From assembly GCF_006345805.1 (NCBI RefSeq), contig NC_043002.1, positions 25,482,001 to 25,546,000 of the forward strand: a DNA stretch of 64,000 nt. The letters run 5' to 3'. This stretch comes from Octopus sinensis. Lineage: Eukaryota. The position numbers and the translations under genes were made by a program. Position 1 is the first letter of the stretch; each line of letters starts with the position of its first letter. A model generated the notes under the pieces. The model had not been told where the DNA came from. It saw nothing but the letters and a program-made list of their open reading frames with translations, and searched no databases. Of this stretch, positions 11,492 through 22,950 are shown piece after piece.

Positions 11492-11810
11492 CTGGCACCT
11501 GTGTCGGTGGCACATAAAAACACCATCCGAGCGTGGCCGTCTGCCAGCCTCATCTGGCACCTGTGTCGGTGGCACATAAAAACACATCCGAGCGTGGCCG
11601 TTCGCCAGCCTCGTCTGCACCTGTGTCGGTGGCACATAAAATCACCCACTACACTCTCGGAGTGGTTGGCGTTAGGAAGGGCATCCAGCTGTAGAAACAC
11701 TGCCAGATCTGACTGGCCTGGTGCAGCCTTCGGGCTCCCCAGACCCCAGTTGAACCGTCCAACCCATGCTAGCATGGAAAACGGACGCTAAATGATGATG
11801 ATGATGATGA
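11492..11810 (+). mobile_element. Terminal part of a family T element: 62-bp subunits, conserved tail and (GAT)n
   Basis: Subunits at 11492, 11554 and 11615, then gagtggttggcgttaggaagggcatccagctgtagaaac...gctaaat(gat)n. Confidence 0.92.
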
Positions 11811-11811
11811 T

Positions 11812-12017
11812 ATAACATAAGGGACGTTAGCCATCCGAATGTGGCTAGGGACAGGGCAGGGCGGTGGGGGTGTTACTGATGCATTTAGCCCCAGGCGATC
11901 ATCAACGTCACCAGAAGGGCTGACGCCGTGATGGCTGGGGCTAAATGCATCAGTAACACCCCCACCGCCCTGCCCTGTCCCTAGCCACATTCGGATGGCT
12001 AACGTCCCTTACGTTAT
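11812..12017. repeat. GC-rich near-perfect palindrome (83-bp arms, 1 mismatch), MITE-like
   Basis: 11812-11894 is the reverse complement of 11935-12017 except 11817/12012; the 40-nt loop pairs further (cgtca/tgacg). Confidence 0.93.
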
Positions 12018-12074
12018 GGAGCAGTTACTGTCTATACCTCGTTTAGAGAATTATTATTGCTATATATATATACA

Positions 12075-12240
12075 TACATATATACGACAGGCTTCTTTCA
12101 GTTTCCGTCTACCAAAACCACTCACAAGGCATTGGTCGGCCAGGGCTATAGCAGAAGACACTTGCCCAAGACGCCACGCAGTGGGACTGAACCCGGAACC
12201 ATGTGGTTGGTTAGCAAGCTACTTACCACACAGCCACTCT
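12075..12240 (-). mobile_element. Family S SINE head
   Basis: Reverse complement of gagtggctgtgtggtaagtagcttgctaaccaaccacatggttccgggttcagtcccactgcgtggcgtcttgggcaag. Confidence 0.9.
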
Positions 12241-12337
12241 GATGTACAAAAACAAAAAAAAAAACCACTGTTATAAACGAGTTATTGATACCATTGTGGT
12301 TGTTTAGATCTGATCAACTGTAATCAAGCTTATAGAT

Positions 12338-13685
12338 AATCCTTTGTACTGTAGGCACAAGACCTGAAATTATAGGGGAGGAGGTTAGTTGAGTACATCA
12401 ACCTCAGTTCTTGACTGTACTTGTTTTATTGACTCTGAAAGGTTGAAAGGAAAAATTAACCGAATTTACAAGATTTGGTGTAAATATCGTATAGCATTTT
12501 CCCCAACCACTAACATTCTAATAATAATGATAATAATTATCCTTTCTACTAAAGGCACAAAGCCAGTAATTTCAGGCAAGGTAACTAGTAGATTACATCA
12601 ACCCCAGCCCACAACTGGTACTTATTTTATTGACCTTGAATGGAAGAAAGGCAATGTAAACCCCTGCAGAATTTGAACTCAGAATGTAAAGATGGACGAA
12701 ATGCTGCTATGCATGTTGCCTGGCATGCTAACTATACTGCCAGCTCACCGCTTTAATAATCATCATCAACATCAAATGTCTGTTGTCCATGCTGGCATGG
12801 GTCGGACGGTTTGACTGGGTTGGTACACTGGAAGGCTGTGCCAGGCTCCAGTCTGATTTGCCATGGTTTTCTATGGCTGGATGCCCTGCCTAATGCCAAT
12901 AACTGCAAGAGTGTAATGAGTGCTTTTATGTGCCACCAGCATGGGTGCCATTTGTGTGACACCGCTCTCTGCCATGACTGCAATTTTGCTCGGCTTGATG
13001 GGTCTTAAAAGCACAAGGCCTGAAATTTGGGGGCAGAGCACTAGTTGATGACATTGACCCCAGTGTGTACTTAATTTATCGACCCCAAAACGATGAAAGT
13101 CAAAGTTGACCTTGCTGGAATTTGAACTCAGAACATGCAGACAGGCAAAGTGCCGCAAAACATTTCGCCTGGCGTGCTAATGATTCTGCTAGTTTGCTAC
13201 CTTGATGATGATAATGATAATAATAATAATAATAATCCTTTCTACTATAGGCACAAGGCCTGAAATTTGGCGGAAGGGGACTAGTCAATTACATTGGCCC
13301 TGTGTTTCACTGGTACTTAATTTATCAACCCCAAAATGATGAAAGGCAAAGTCAACCTTGGTGGAATTTGAACCCAGAACATAGAGATAGGTAAAATACT
13401 GCTAAGCAGCTAGCCCGACATACTAACGATTCTGCCAGCTCGCCACCTTGATGTTGATGATGATGATAATAGTAGTAATAATAATAATTCTTTCTACTAT
13501 AGGCATAAGGCCTGAAATTTTAAAAGAAGGAGTTAGTTGGTTTCATCAACCCCAGTGCTCAACTGGTACATATTTTAATGACTCCAAAAGGATGAAAGAC
13601 AAAATAGACCTCGGCAGAATTTACTGGAAGAAATGCTACAAAGCATTTTGTCTTGTATACTAATGATTCTGTCAGCTTGCCACCT
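12338..13685 (-). mobile_element. Cluster of five family M SINEs and one family T copy, all on the minus strand
   Basis: M copies at about 12338, 12530, 13005, 13235 and 13490; T copy at 12765-13005; several joined through (TAA)/(GAT) tracts. Confidence 0.85.
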
Positions 13686-14123
13686 ATTTATAATCAAAGG
13701 TGTTCCAACCATGACCATACTGTCTTTTCAAGGGATTATAGGACTACATTATCCAGTGTATCTATTTATTGTGTAAAATAACAGTAGTGTAACTTGAGGG
13801 AGGTTTAGCTGCTATTTCTAGCAGGTTGCCTGATTATATAGATACTCTTTTGTTGACTTGTTATCCTCCTACAATAACGTGTGGAATACTGTTATAAATG
13901 ATTTGTTATTGATGTTGTTTAACCCTAGGTCAAATCAGGTCAGGCAACCATGTAGAAGCTCTTTTATCGACTCCAATGTTATACAACATAAATGATTTGT
14001 AATTTGTTGCAGTTTTGTGACAGGAATGTTTGGAGGTCAGACAGAACTAATTAAATTATTGAAAATAATGTTTGATCTTTGATACAAAGAAATATATCCA
14101 ATAATTACTTTGTTATTTTCTAG

Positions 14124-14211
14124 GTTTTGACTGGAATTTAGTCTTCAAATGGGACTATATGTCTTCAGAGGAAATTAGGAAGAGAGAGACCAATCCAACA
14201 CTTCCAATTAA
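14124..14211 (+). CDS. GALNT2: GALNT2 internal exon ([30 protein letters not shown])
   Basis: ttttctag|GT acceptor and AA|gtaata donor; 88 nt, phase 1 to 2; [10 protein letters not shown] motif. Confidence 0.95.
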
Positions 14212-14541
14212 GTAATATATCATTTTTCCTCTTTTTTCATCTGTTCATTCTTGCCTTCCTCTCTTCATCCTCACTTATTTTTGTTGTTTTTCTTGTCTCT
14301 CACTATCTTTTTTTATCAGCCTATACATTCAGTCTTTCTGTCTTCCTTTCAGAATATGCGTGTCTGTCTTTCTGTCTATCTGTACACCTCTCTATATAAA
14401 TGTGTATGATTGCAAAGGAAGTTATTAGCTATGCTCTATGACCTTTGACACATGCAATGATGAAATCCCAATTCTAGGGTTGAAACCAGTCTGGCTGTTG
14501 ACTGTTTTTTCTGTCTATGAAATTACTATATGTATGTTTGT

Positions 14542-14577
<36 letters not shown>

Positions 14578-14585
14578 GTGTGTGT

Positions 14586-14815
14586 GGCGGCGAGCTGGCA
14601 GAAACGTTAGCACGCCGGGCGAAATGCTTCGCGGTATTTCGTCTGCGTTACGTTGCGAGTTCAAATTCCGCCGAGGTCGACTTTGCCTTTCATCCTTTCA
14701 GGGTCGATAAATTAAGTACCAGTTCCGCACTGGGGTCGATGTAATCGACTTAATACCTATGTCTGTCCTTGTTTGTCCCCTCTGTGTCTAGCCCCTTGTG
14801 GGTAATAATGAAATA
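14586..14815 (+). mobile_element. Young family M SINE with a Meta-domain-like body
   Basis: B-box-like GAGTTCAAATTCC; gaggtcgactttgcctttcatcctttcagggtcgataaattaagtaccag resembles the MetaSINE domain as I recall it; CpGs retained. Confidence 0.8.
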
Positions 14816-15221
14816 TATATATATGTGTGTGTGTGGACAAGTTCTGCATACATAACTCACTAAAAATTTTAAGATATGCATATGTGGTGTGTGTGTGTGT
14901 GCATGTACATGCTATGTGGATGTGTTTGAGTATGTTAATGTATATGAGTGGTATGTCATTTTGGTTTATGTGTGTAAGTGGTTATACCATTAATATATGA
15001 GTGTGTGTGTATACATCTGTATTTGGGTTTTATGTAAATTCTTTTACATTGTAGACTTATGGAGAGACATGTAAGCTTGTATGTATACATACATATAAGT
15101 ACATATATAAGTGTGTGTATGTGTGTGTGTCTTATATGTCAGTATATATGAAATATAGAATGAAAAATAGCTATATGTATGTATAGATGTATTTACATGT
15201 GGTTTCTCTTCGTCTTTAAAG

Positions 15222-15325
15222 GACTCCACTTATTGCCGGTGGATTATTTACGATAGACAAATCTTGGTTCAATGAACTTGGCAAATACGATACCAAAATG
15301 GATGTTTGGGGAGGAGAAAATATTG
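15222..15325 (+). CDS. GALNT2: GALNT2 internal exon with Gal/GalNAc-T motif ([35 protein letters not shown])
   Basis: ctttaaag|G acceptor and G|gtatgc donor; 104 nt, phase 2 to 1; AGGLF and WGGEN motifs. Confidence 0.96.
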
Positions 15326-15664
15326 GTATGCAATTTTTTTTTTTAGCCATTGTTATTGCTGTTTATAATGTCATGTTATATATTGGGTCAAGACCCAGAC
15401 AGTTTGCTTTGGGCCAAAAGATTCTAACAACTGATCATTACAAAATGAATATTCTTATAATTCTATCTTTCTTTCTTCATTCAGTTCATTCTTTTGTCTG
15501 GTAATTTCAAAGAATTATAGAGCAAAGCTCATCACTTTCAATCTATACTTATATTAGCACATCTAATCTGTACACAGTGCAACTGTTAATCTATGGTCAA
15601 CTTGTATCCCATCTATGTCTCTTTTATGAATATTAAAGCAATCTCTACTCTTCTAAATTATCTG

Positions 15665-15900
15665 ATGGTATAGTGAGTTCGATTCCCAGACCAGGCGGTG
15701 TGGTGTGTTCTTAAGCAAGATACTTTATTTCACGCTGCATCAATTCACTCAGCTGTATAAATAAGTTGTGATGTCACTCGTGCCAATCTGTATTGGCCTT
15801 TTCATTTCCCTTGGATAACATTGGTGGCATGGAGTTGGGCGGCTGATATGCATGGGTGACTGCCAGTCTTCCACAAAAGAACCTTACCTGGACTTGTTCC
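15665..15900 (+). mobile_element. Third tRNA-headed SINE family (V-like), degraded
   Basis: gagttcgattcccagaccaggcgg...ttcttaagcaagatactttatttcacg...cactcagctg; similar to 43365-43580. Confidence 0.55.
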
Positions 15901-16299
15901 TTAGAAGGGACCACTTCCATTTAAACCTATTTAACCTTTTTGTTGCCATATTTCTTTTAAAATACATCCTCTTTATTTCATTTAATTTTGTAAATAATGA
16001 AAAATGTAATAAAATAATTTGTCATTTTCAGCTGATTTTTAGAACATTAATCAACATGAAATTTTGATAGGTAATTTTAATTTAGATAATTTTAAAATAT
16101 GAAGATTATATCCTAGTACCAAGGGCTGTCTCAGACTGAGAGGTATTAAAAGTATTAAGGTGCCCAATATGCTTTCTTTCTTCACTACTTTGTTCCATTT
16201 CAAACTCAATCCTAAGCAGTTTACCAATTTTCTTTCCCAAGAACTACCTCCTTGTATACCCCACCGCCACTCCTCTGTACTAATTCTTTGAGACTCCTG

Positions 16300-16560
16300 T
16301 AGATAAGGAGACAGAGTTATATGGGTGTGATTAATTTGTTTTTCCGCTTGTTCATCTTTCAAGTCGTTGATTGGAATGAAAACATTAAAGGGAGTGGAAG
16401 TTACATAGGAGTGTAGTTTGGAGGGAGAAGTATTGGTAAAGATGTTTAGTACTGAAAATTTGGAATGAGACAAAATAGAGCTGAGGATAGGAGGTGAGTT
16501 TGGTATCTAAAATGGGTTTAAGTAGAAGTGGTATACCATCAGTTAGTTTTAGAAAACTAG
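16300..16560 (-). mobile_element. Possible CR1-like LINE C-terminal remnant
   Basis: Weak peptide similarity (LDTKLTS...SHPY) to the copies at 22640 and 60880. Confidence 0.35.
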
Positions 16561-17104
16561 AGACTGTCATAGTAATTATAAAAGAGACATAGTTGTAAAA
16601 TTGTGTAGAGACTTGATGAAGAAATGTAAAAGATATTGGACTACCAATTAGCTCTTAGGTTTTGCTTTCAGATCTGCAGTCATTTTGTTGTTTCTGAGCA
16701 GAACACTTTATTCTACATTCCCTTATTTCACCTACTCATGAATTTCTACCATATTAATTGGGAATATTACCTGAAAAAGATCATTCTTTCCATAAGAAAT
16801 TATATTCCTTATCTTTTCTGCACTACAAAATTGTTGCTAATCACTGTTTCTGATATATTTGTTCAAGGCTTAGAATTCACAGTCGTAGAGTGACTAGATG
16901 GAACCATGTCAGTCATGCTGGACTTTTCGGCTTGATATTCTCCAGAATGACATCTGCATAGTCAGGGTAAAATATACTCTTAATATAAGTCATATCTCAG
17001 ATGAAGAAAGCCAGCTTTTTGATGAAATCATGGCTACATGCAGAATGTCTAGCTGCCAATAAAAGATATGATTAATTTTTCAGATTACTATTTGATAGGT
17101 GATT

Positions 17105-17645
17105 TTTTTTTTCTTAGGACAAGCAATTTTATTTGAAAACAAGGATTTTGAGGACAAGCATTTCAAAAGATATTTCTGGAACAAATATTTGAAAGATTGT
17201 TTAGGCCAAGCATTTGAATAGAGATTTGTAAGATAAATATTCTCAAATAATTTGAAGACAAACTTCTGAAAGGATATTTTTAGGAGAATCATTTAAAAAT
17301 AAATTTTTGGTTCAAGCATTTCAAAGTAGTCCTAGGGACCGAATTCTAGATTTTAGGATGAGAATTTGAAAGGAAAATTTTAAGCTAAATATTTTAAACT
17401 AGATTTCTAAAACAAACATTTGAAAAGGAATTTTTTTAGGACAAAACTTTTGGAAAGGAAATATATAGAGCAACAACTTGAAAGGATACTTTTTGGAGAA
17501 TTTCATAGCGGGGGTTTTTTTTTTTTGGACAAGAATTTGAAAGGTTTTTAAGTTAAGAATCTGAAAGGAGGTTTTTGAAATTGTATTTTGCATCAAAAAG
17601 AAAATTTTAGGACAAGTATTTAAAAGGAAATTTTTAAGGCATTTA
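17105..17645. repeat. Degenerate ~24-27-bp minisatellite, approximate consensus TTTTAGGACAAGCATTTGAAAGGA
   Basis: Recurring units such as ttttgaggacaagcatttcaaaaga, tttaggccaagcatttgaataga, ttttggacaagaatttgaaagg, ttttaggacaagtatttaaaagga. Confidence 0.7.
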
Positions 17646-17755
17646 ATGTTTTTGAGATTAAGTTCTCTGTGAGAATTATTCCTGTAGAAAGATTCTATGG
17701 TAGCAAATCTCCAATCAAATGCTAATTATTAACTTACTTGGCAAAGTTAAATTAA

Positions 17756-18178
<423 letters not shown>

Positions 18179-18574
18179 TGAGTACAGATATTATAGAAAT
18201 GAGTGATTCTTGTTCAAGATTGATAGAATAAGTACCAGGTTTTAAAAAAAATACTAGGGTCCATTTGTTTGCCTGAAACCCTTGAAGCTGACACTCCAGC
18301 CTGACCACAATCCAATGACTGAAACAAGGAAAAGCTAAAAGAAAGGAAAATGATTTTGTAGAATTGGTTCAAGAATGTAATTGTTCAAACATTTGGAAGT
18401 ACTGTTTGTCTCCTTGATCAATTTGAATTTGAATATATTCAGACAATGAATTTTCTATCAAGTTTATAAGGATGTAAATCTAACTTCCTGACAATTAACG
18501 ATAAATATTATAAATCCCATTCATCAATGAAATACATTAATTCACACTTCCAAATAATACATCTTTTATCTTCT

Positions 18575-18915
18575 ACTTGTTTCACTCATAAGACAAACCA
18601 ACCCCAGTACATGAGTATCGGGGTTGATTTGCCGGGTACTTATTTTATTGGTCTCTTGCCAAACTACTAAGTTATGGGGACATAAATAAACCAGCACTGG
18701 TTGTCAAGTGGTGGTGTGGGTGCAAACACAAATACAGATGCATGCACACACACACGTGTGATAGATGTCTTTCAGTTTCTGTGTGTCTACCAAATCCTCT
18801 TGCAATGCTTTGGTTGGTCCAAGGCTAGAATAGAAGACACTTGCCTAAGGTGCAACACAATGGTACATCACCTGGAACCATGGGGATGGGAAGCAAACTT
18901 CTTACTACGTAGCCA
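18575..18915 (-). mobile_element. Degraded family S SINE
   Basis: 3' half and head both recognisable around a (CA)n core. Confidence 0.7.
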
Positions 18916-19169
18916 TGCCTGTACATATGTTGATATTTTTTAATTTGAAAAAAAAAAATATTTTTGTCATTATCTTTAATGTCACCCACAGACATTCACA
19001 TTGATGTTATTTGCTATAATTTATTCCTTTTTTGATTACATGTGAGAACATACTGAATTGTATTGAAATGAATTGTAGAGTGGTTGATGGTGTTGCTAAA
19101 TGAGTATTTTTGTCTGTGATTCTTTACTTTGAACTTCTTCATTGAACTTGTTCTGCCATGGTCTTGCAG

Positions 19170-19262
19170 GAATACTCGACGAGCAGCTGAAGTATGGATG
19201 GATGAATATAAATATTTGTACTATAATGCAGTACCATCTTCGAAATATGTTTCCTATGGAGA
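19170..19262 (+). CDS. GALNT2: GALNT2 internal exon ([32 protein letters not shown])
   Basis: cttgcag|G acceptor and GA|gtaagt donor; 93 nt; [13 protein letters not shown] motif. Confidence 0.96.
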
Positions 19263-19861
19263 GTAAGTATTATGATTCTGTCTTTTTTTTTGTTTTGTGA
19301 CATTATTTTTATGTTTTAGCCTTCTTTTATTTAATGACACATTAAATGTAATAGTGTTACCTACTAGGGATTACAACCTCTGTTATTAGTGATCATCATC
19401 ATCATCATCATTTAACATCCATTTTCCATGCTGGCATGGGTTGGACAGTTTGACATGGTCTGGTGAGCTGCTGGGCCATGTTGAGCCTCAGTTTCAGCTT
19501 GGACACAGTATCACTGGCTGGATGCCCTTCACAATGCCAACCATTTTACAGAATGTATTGGTTGTTTTTTTTAATATGCTACCAGCACTGGTGAGGTCAT
19601 CAAATAACTTGCAAAACAAGAAAATTGTTTTATTATTTTCTCTTATCATGGTCAAAGCAGTTCCTACTTTTCATTAGTGTCTTCATATTTTATGAACAAA
19701 AATGTTCTGATTTTACTTGATCCAACCTAACTGTAGTTTAATAGAGAGATGGATGGAATGGAATTCTGTTATTACTATCAAGAACATTACACAAATAAAC
19801 TCAAAGACTCAGTCATTACCAATGCAGTAATGGTAATAAGATTCTTGGCTTTGTGTGTAAT

Positions 19862-20110
19862 TTTAGTTAGTTAGTTAGTTAATTTTTTGGCTCAAAAAGC
19901 TAAAAGCAAGGCCATGTAGGGGGACATGGAGTTATGTACAGGGTGGTGTTCATGTAAAGAGTTCAGGCCTCTTGTGGTCAAGGGAGACTTTGAACCGAGC
20001 GGTCGTCAGCATTTTCACTATCTCATCCGGCAGCTTATTCCACGGATCCGCAACCCGGACGGAGAAATATCTGTGTTACATCTATATTACTTTGCTCTCT
20101 TGCAGACTCC
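19862..20110 (-). mobile_element. 5'-truncated CR1-clade LINE 3' end with (CTAA)n tail
   Basis: Minus-strand FSVRVADPWNKLPDEIVKMLTTARFKVSLD*; (ttag)n at 19862-19882. Confidence 0.8.
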
Positions 20111-20639
20111 ATAGTTCCTCTTTACATTTTTATCTCTTAGCAGGAGGAAACTATCACAACTTACAGGAAAGGAAGTAAAAGCCGAATTCATTTCTTGGCT
20201 TGGAAGAATTATTATCAGTTATGATGGTGAATCTTATGATGACATGTTATCATTCCAGCTCTTAATGTCATAATCATGATCCTTTTCAATTTAATAATTA
20301 TGTTTTCATAGTGATGTATTTCTTGTGTTTATTGTGGTTTGAGAATAGATACACCACATTCCTGTGTGTCACAAGAGACAACTAAAAGGATCAGCAACAA
20401 AAAAGGCATCTGACCATAAAACACTGCCTCAAAAATTTGTCCAATTCATGCTACCATGGGAAATTGGACATAAAACAATATAATGATGATGATGATGATG
20501 ATGTTTCTTTAGTAATGTATGTCAATAGGTCCTGGTCTCTTGGTGCTGCATTCATTTCCTCTGAGAGCTCTTTCTGATAAGATCTGATTACACTGACATC
20601 ATGCCTCTTCCGTAGTCTGTGTATCTATCTTGCATCTTT

Positions 20640-20955
20640 CCCCAGTCAAGAGAAAGCATGAGGTTGCAGAGACACAGAAAGAGGTTTGTGAACTGTTCAA
20701 AAGCATCTCTAAAAGATCTTAAAGTAAGGATTGATTCCTGGGAGCTGCTTGACTCAAACTAACACAACTGGAGCAGTTTGATTCACACAGGGGCCCAAAC
20801 AGCTGAAAAGAAAAGAACAGTTGCTACTGAGACGTGTTCATCCTGCAAAATTAGAACTGTCAGTACCCTGAATTTAGCACCTTCCCATTTAAGCCTTACA
20901 AAGAGGATTCTTGGCTCAGATAGGCCTCCTCAACAATATCCAGATCCACCAGTTC
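20640..20955 (+). mobile_element. RTE/BovB-like LINE C-terminal remnant
   Basis: RKRFVNCSKASLKDLKVRIDSWELLDSN*HNWSSLIHTGAQTAEKKR followed by frameshifted AQIGLLNNIQIH (decayed terminal zinc finger). Confidence 0.75.
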
Positions 20956-22080
20956 AAACAAAACTTACATGCCAACTCTGAGTCTTGTCATTTTCAACAA
21001 CAAAGGACAAACAACAGTTTTACTATCAAATACATCAGTTATTTACATCACATATATGTACCATCACAATCATCTTCCTTCTATAGAATTTCAGCTAACC
21101 AAGTTGGTAAAATGCTATGCTAATGACTTTTACAAGTTTGGTTAACTCCATATTACATGACATGGCATTTAGCTGTGACTGGCTCAGTTCAACTAGCTGT
21201 TTTTAGGTTCCACGTGTGGAACAAAAGATACACTGAGTAGAAATACTCAGTTACTTTGCAGTGCTGAGTTTGTGTACTCTTTTGGCTCTCAGTCATGATA
21301 GAAGTGTTCATGTTATGGATAATTGCAATTCTCTAGACCTACCATCCCAAAGTAGATTCCTTATAAATGAATTTATCTTGTACATATTCTCTGGTTATTA
21401 AATAAAAAACACTATTAAGAGATGGACATGGTTGTGTGGTTAACAAGTTTGATTCACAACCATATAGTTTTGGGTTCCATCCTACTTGAGGGTACCTTGA
21501 GCAAGTGTCTTTTGCAGACTAGTAAGTAAATTTGGTTGATGGAAACTGTCATATTTATACATACATGTATGTATGTGTATAGAAGGAGTGAATGTTGATA
21601 TCTGACAGCTTTGCTTGTCACTGTCTAAGAGAAACAATGATACAATGTTTACATTCCTTGTTTGACATCAGAAGTGATTACTCTGCACTTTTGAAGACCA
21701 TTGGAATAGAAAATCCCTTACTTGCAAAACAGGTAGGATTTGACGGCAAGAAGAGCTGCTGCCCATAAAATCTACCGCAGATAAGTCCCAGAGTTCAGCA
21801 CCCATGTTAACATTGACAAATAGATGTTAAAACTGATGAACCAGTAGATTTATTTATTTTTGTATACACTCTCTACAAGTGTATGAATATCACAACTCTG
21901 TATAAATGTATACTATACAAACTGGAGTATATGCTTATAGACTTACGAGTCTCTAGAAGTGTATTTTTGTACATACACTGTCTGAAATGTATGTTAAATA
22001 TCATGTATTTAAATATCATAATTCTAAATGATTCCTATATTAATTGGGGCACCTTTATATATTTTTCTCTCTCTTTGCAG

Positions 22081-22164
22081 CATATCAGAACGTCTAGAAC
22101 TTAAGAGGAAACTCAAATGCCGACCATTTAAGTGGTACTTACAGAACGTTTATCCGGAATTAAA
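22081..22164 (+). CDS. GALNT2: GALNT2 internal exon ([29 protein letters not shown])
   Basis: ctctttgcag|C acceptor and AA|gtaagg donor; 84 nt; CxxFxWYLxNVYPEL motif. Confidence 0.96.
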
Positions 22165-22639
22165 GTAAGGGCTAAACTACTTTTGTATCTTTTATAGATA
22201 TTTTATTAAGACATATTTTATGGTCAATATTTAATATTTTAATGTTTCACACAATTTATCAAGTCTGTATTTCATGATTTTTACCCTGTTTTGATCGGCC
22301 AAATTTATGATCATCTTACATTATAGCTGTGCAGATATACATTTCATTATACTGAGTTCAAAGTAAAAGATGTAATGTTTATTTTTACTTGCCCTCTTAG
22401 ACAGGACAGAACCCATATCTTGCTCACAAGTTTTTTTTTCAACTTGTTCTCTATGGCTGGATGCCCTTCCTAATGCCAACCATTTTACAGAGGTGCATTG
22501 GGTGCATTATGTCATAGCACTAGCACTTAAGAATCATCTCTATATTAAAATGCATTCATCCATCCACCAATCACTTTACTGTGGAAGGAAAAAGTTAAAA
22601 TTATTGTTTAGGTAGAAGGTAATTATTTTCCATTTTGTG

Positions 22640-22950
22640 TTCCTGTTTCCTTTTTTGCGGTTTTAGGTGGCTAATAAGATTGTGGGAAGAAAGGACAGGG
22701 CATAATAGGTGAGGAGAGAAGAGTGAGTTGAAAGTGCCTAAGTGGAGGTGTCAAGAGTCCAGCAAGCTCCAAAGAGCAGAGGCCATTGTAGTAGCAGTAG
22801 GAGAAACAGTGAGAAGAGACACCATGTCTTTCGATCAGTTGTCAGAGTGTATTTGTGACTTCATGCCAATCATTCAAGTGATTTTTCTCTGGCTGTGATC
22901 TAGAGTATCTGTATATAGCAAAAGCAGTGTTCCGGAGCTAGTAGTTGATT
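22640..22950 (-). mobile_element. CR1-like (Zenon-type) LINE C-terminal remnant
   Basis: Minus-strand YYNGLCSLELAGLLTPPLRH...SPYALSFLP. Confidence 0.6.

Noticed and set aside
11478-11515. HDV-like ribozyme resemblance (gccagcctcatctggc hairpin followed by GG)
   Set aside because: P1 length and P1.1/P2 pairing do not fit the nested double pseudoknot.
9986-11791. Many overlapping 60-117 aa ORFs on both strands
   Set aside because: They are by-products of the GC-richer tandem array, repeat with the monomers and resemble no known protein.
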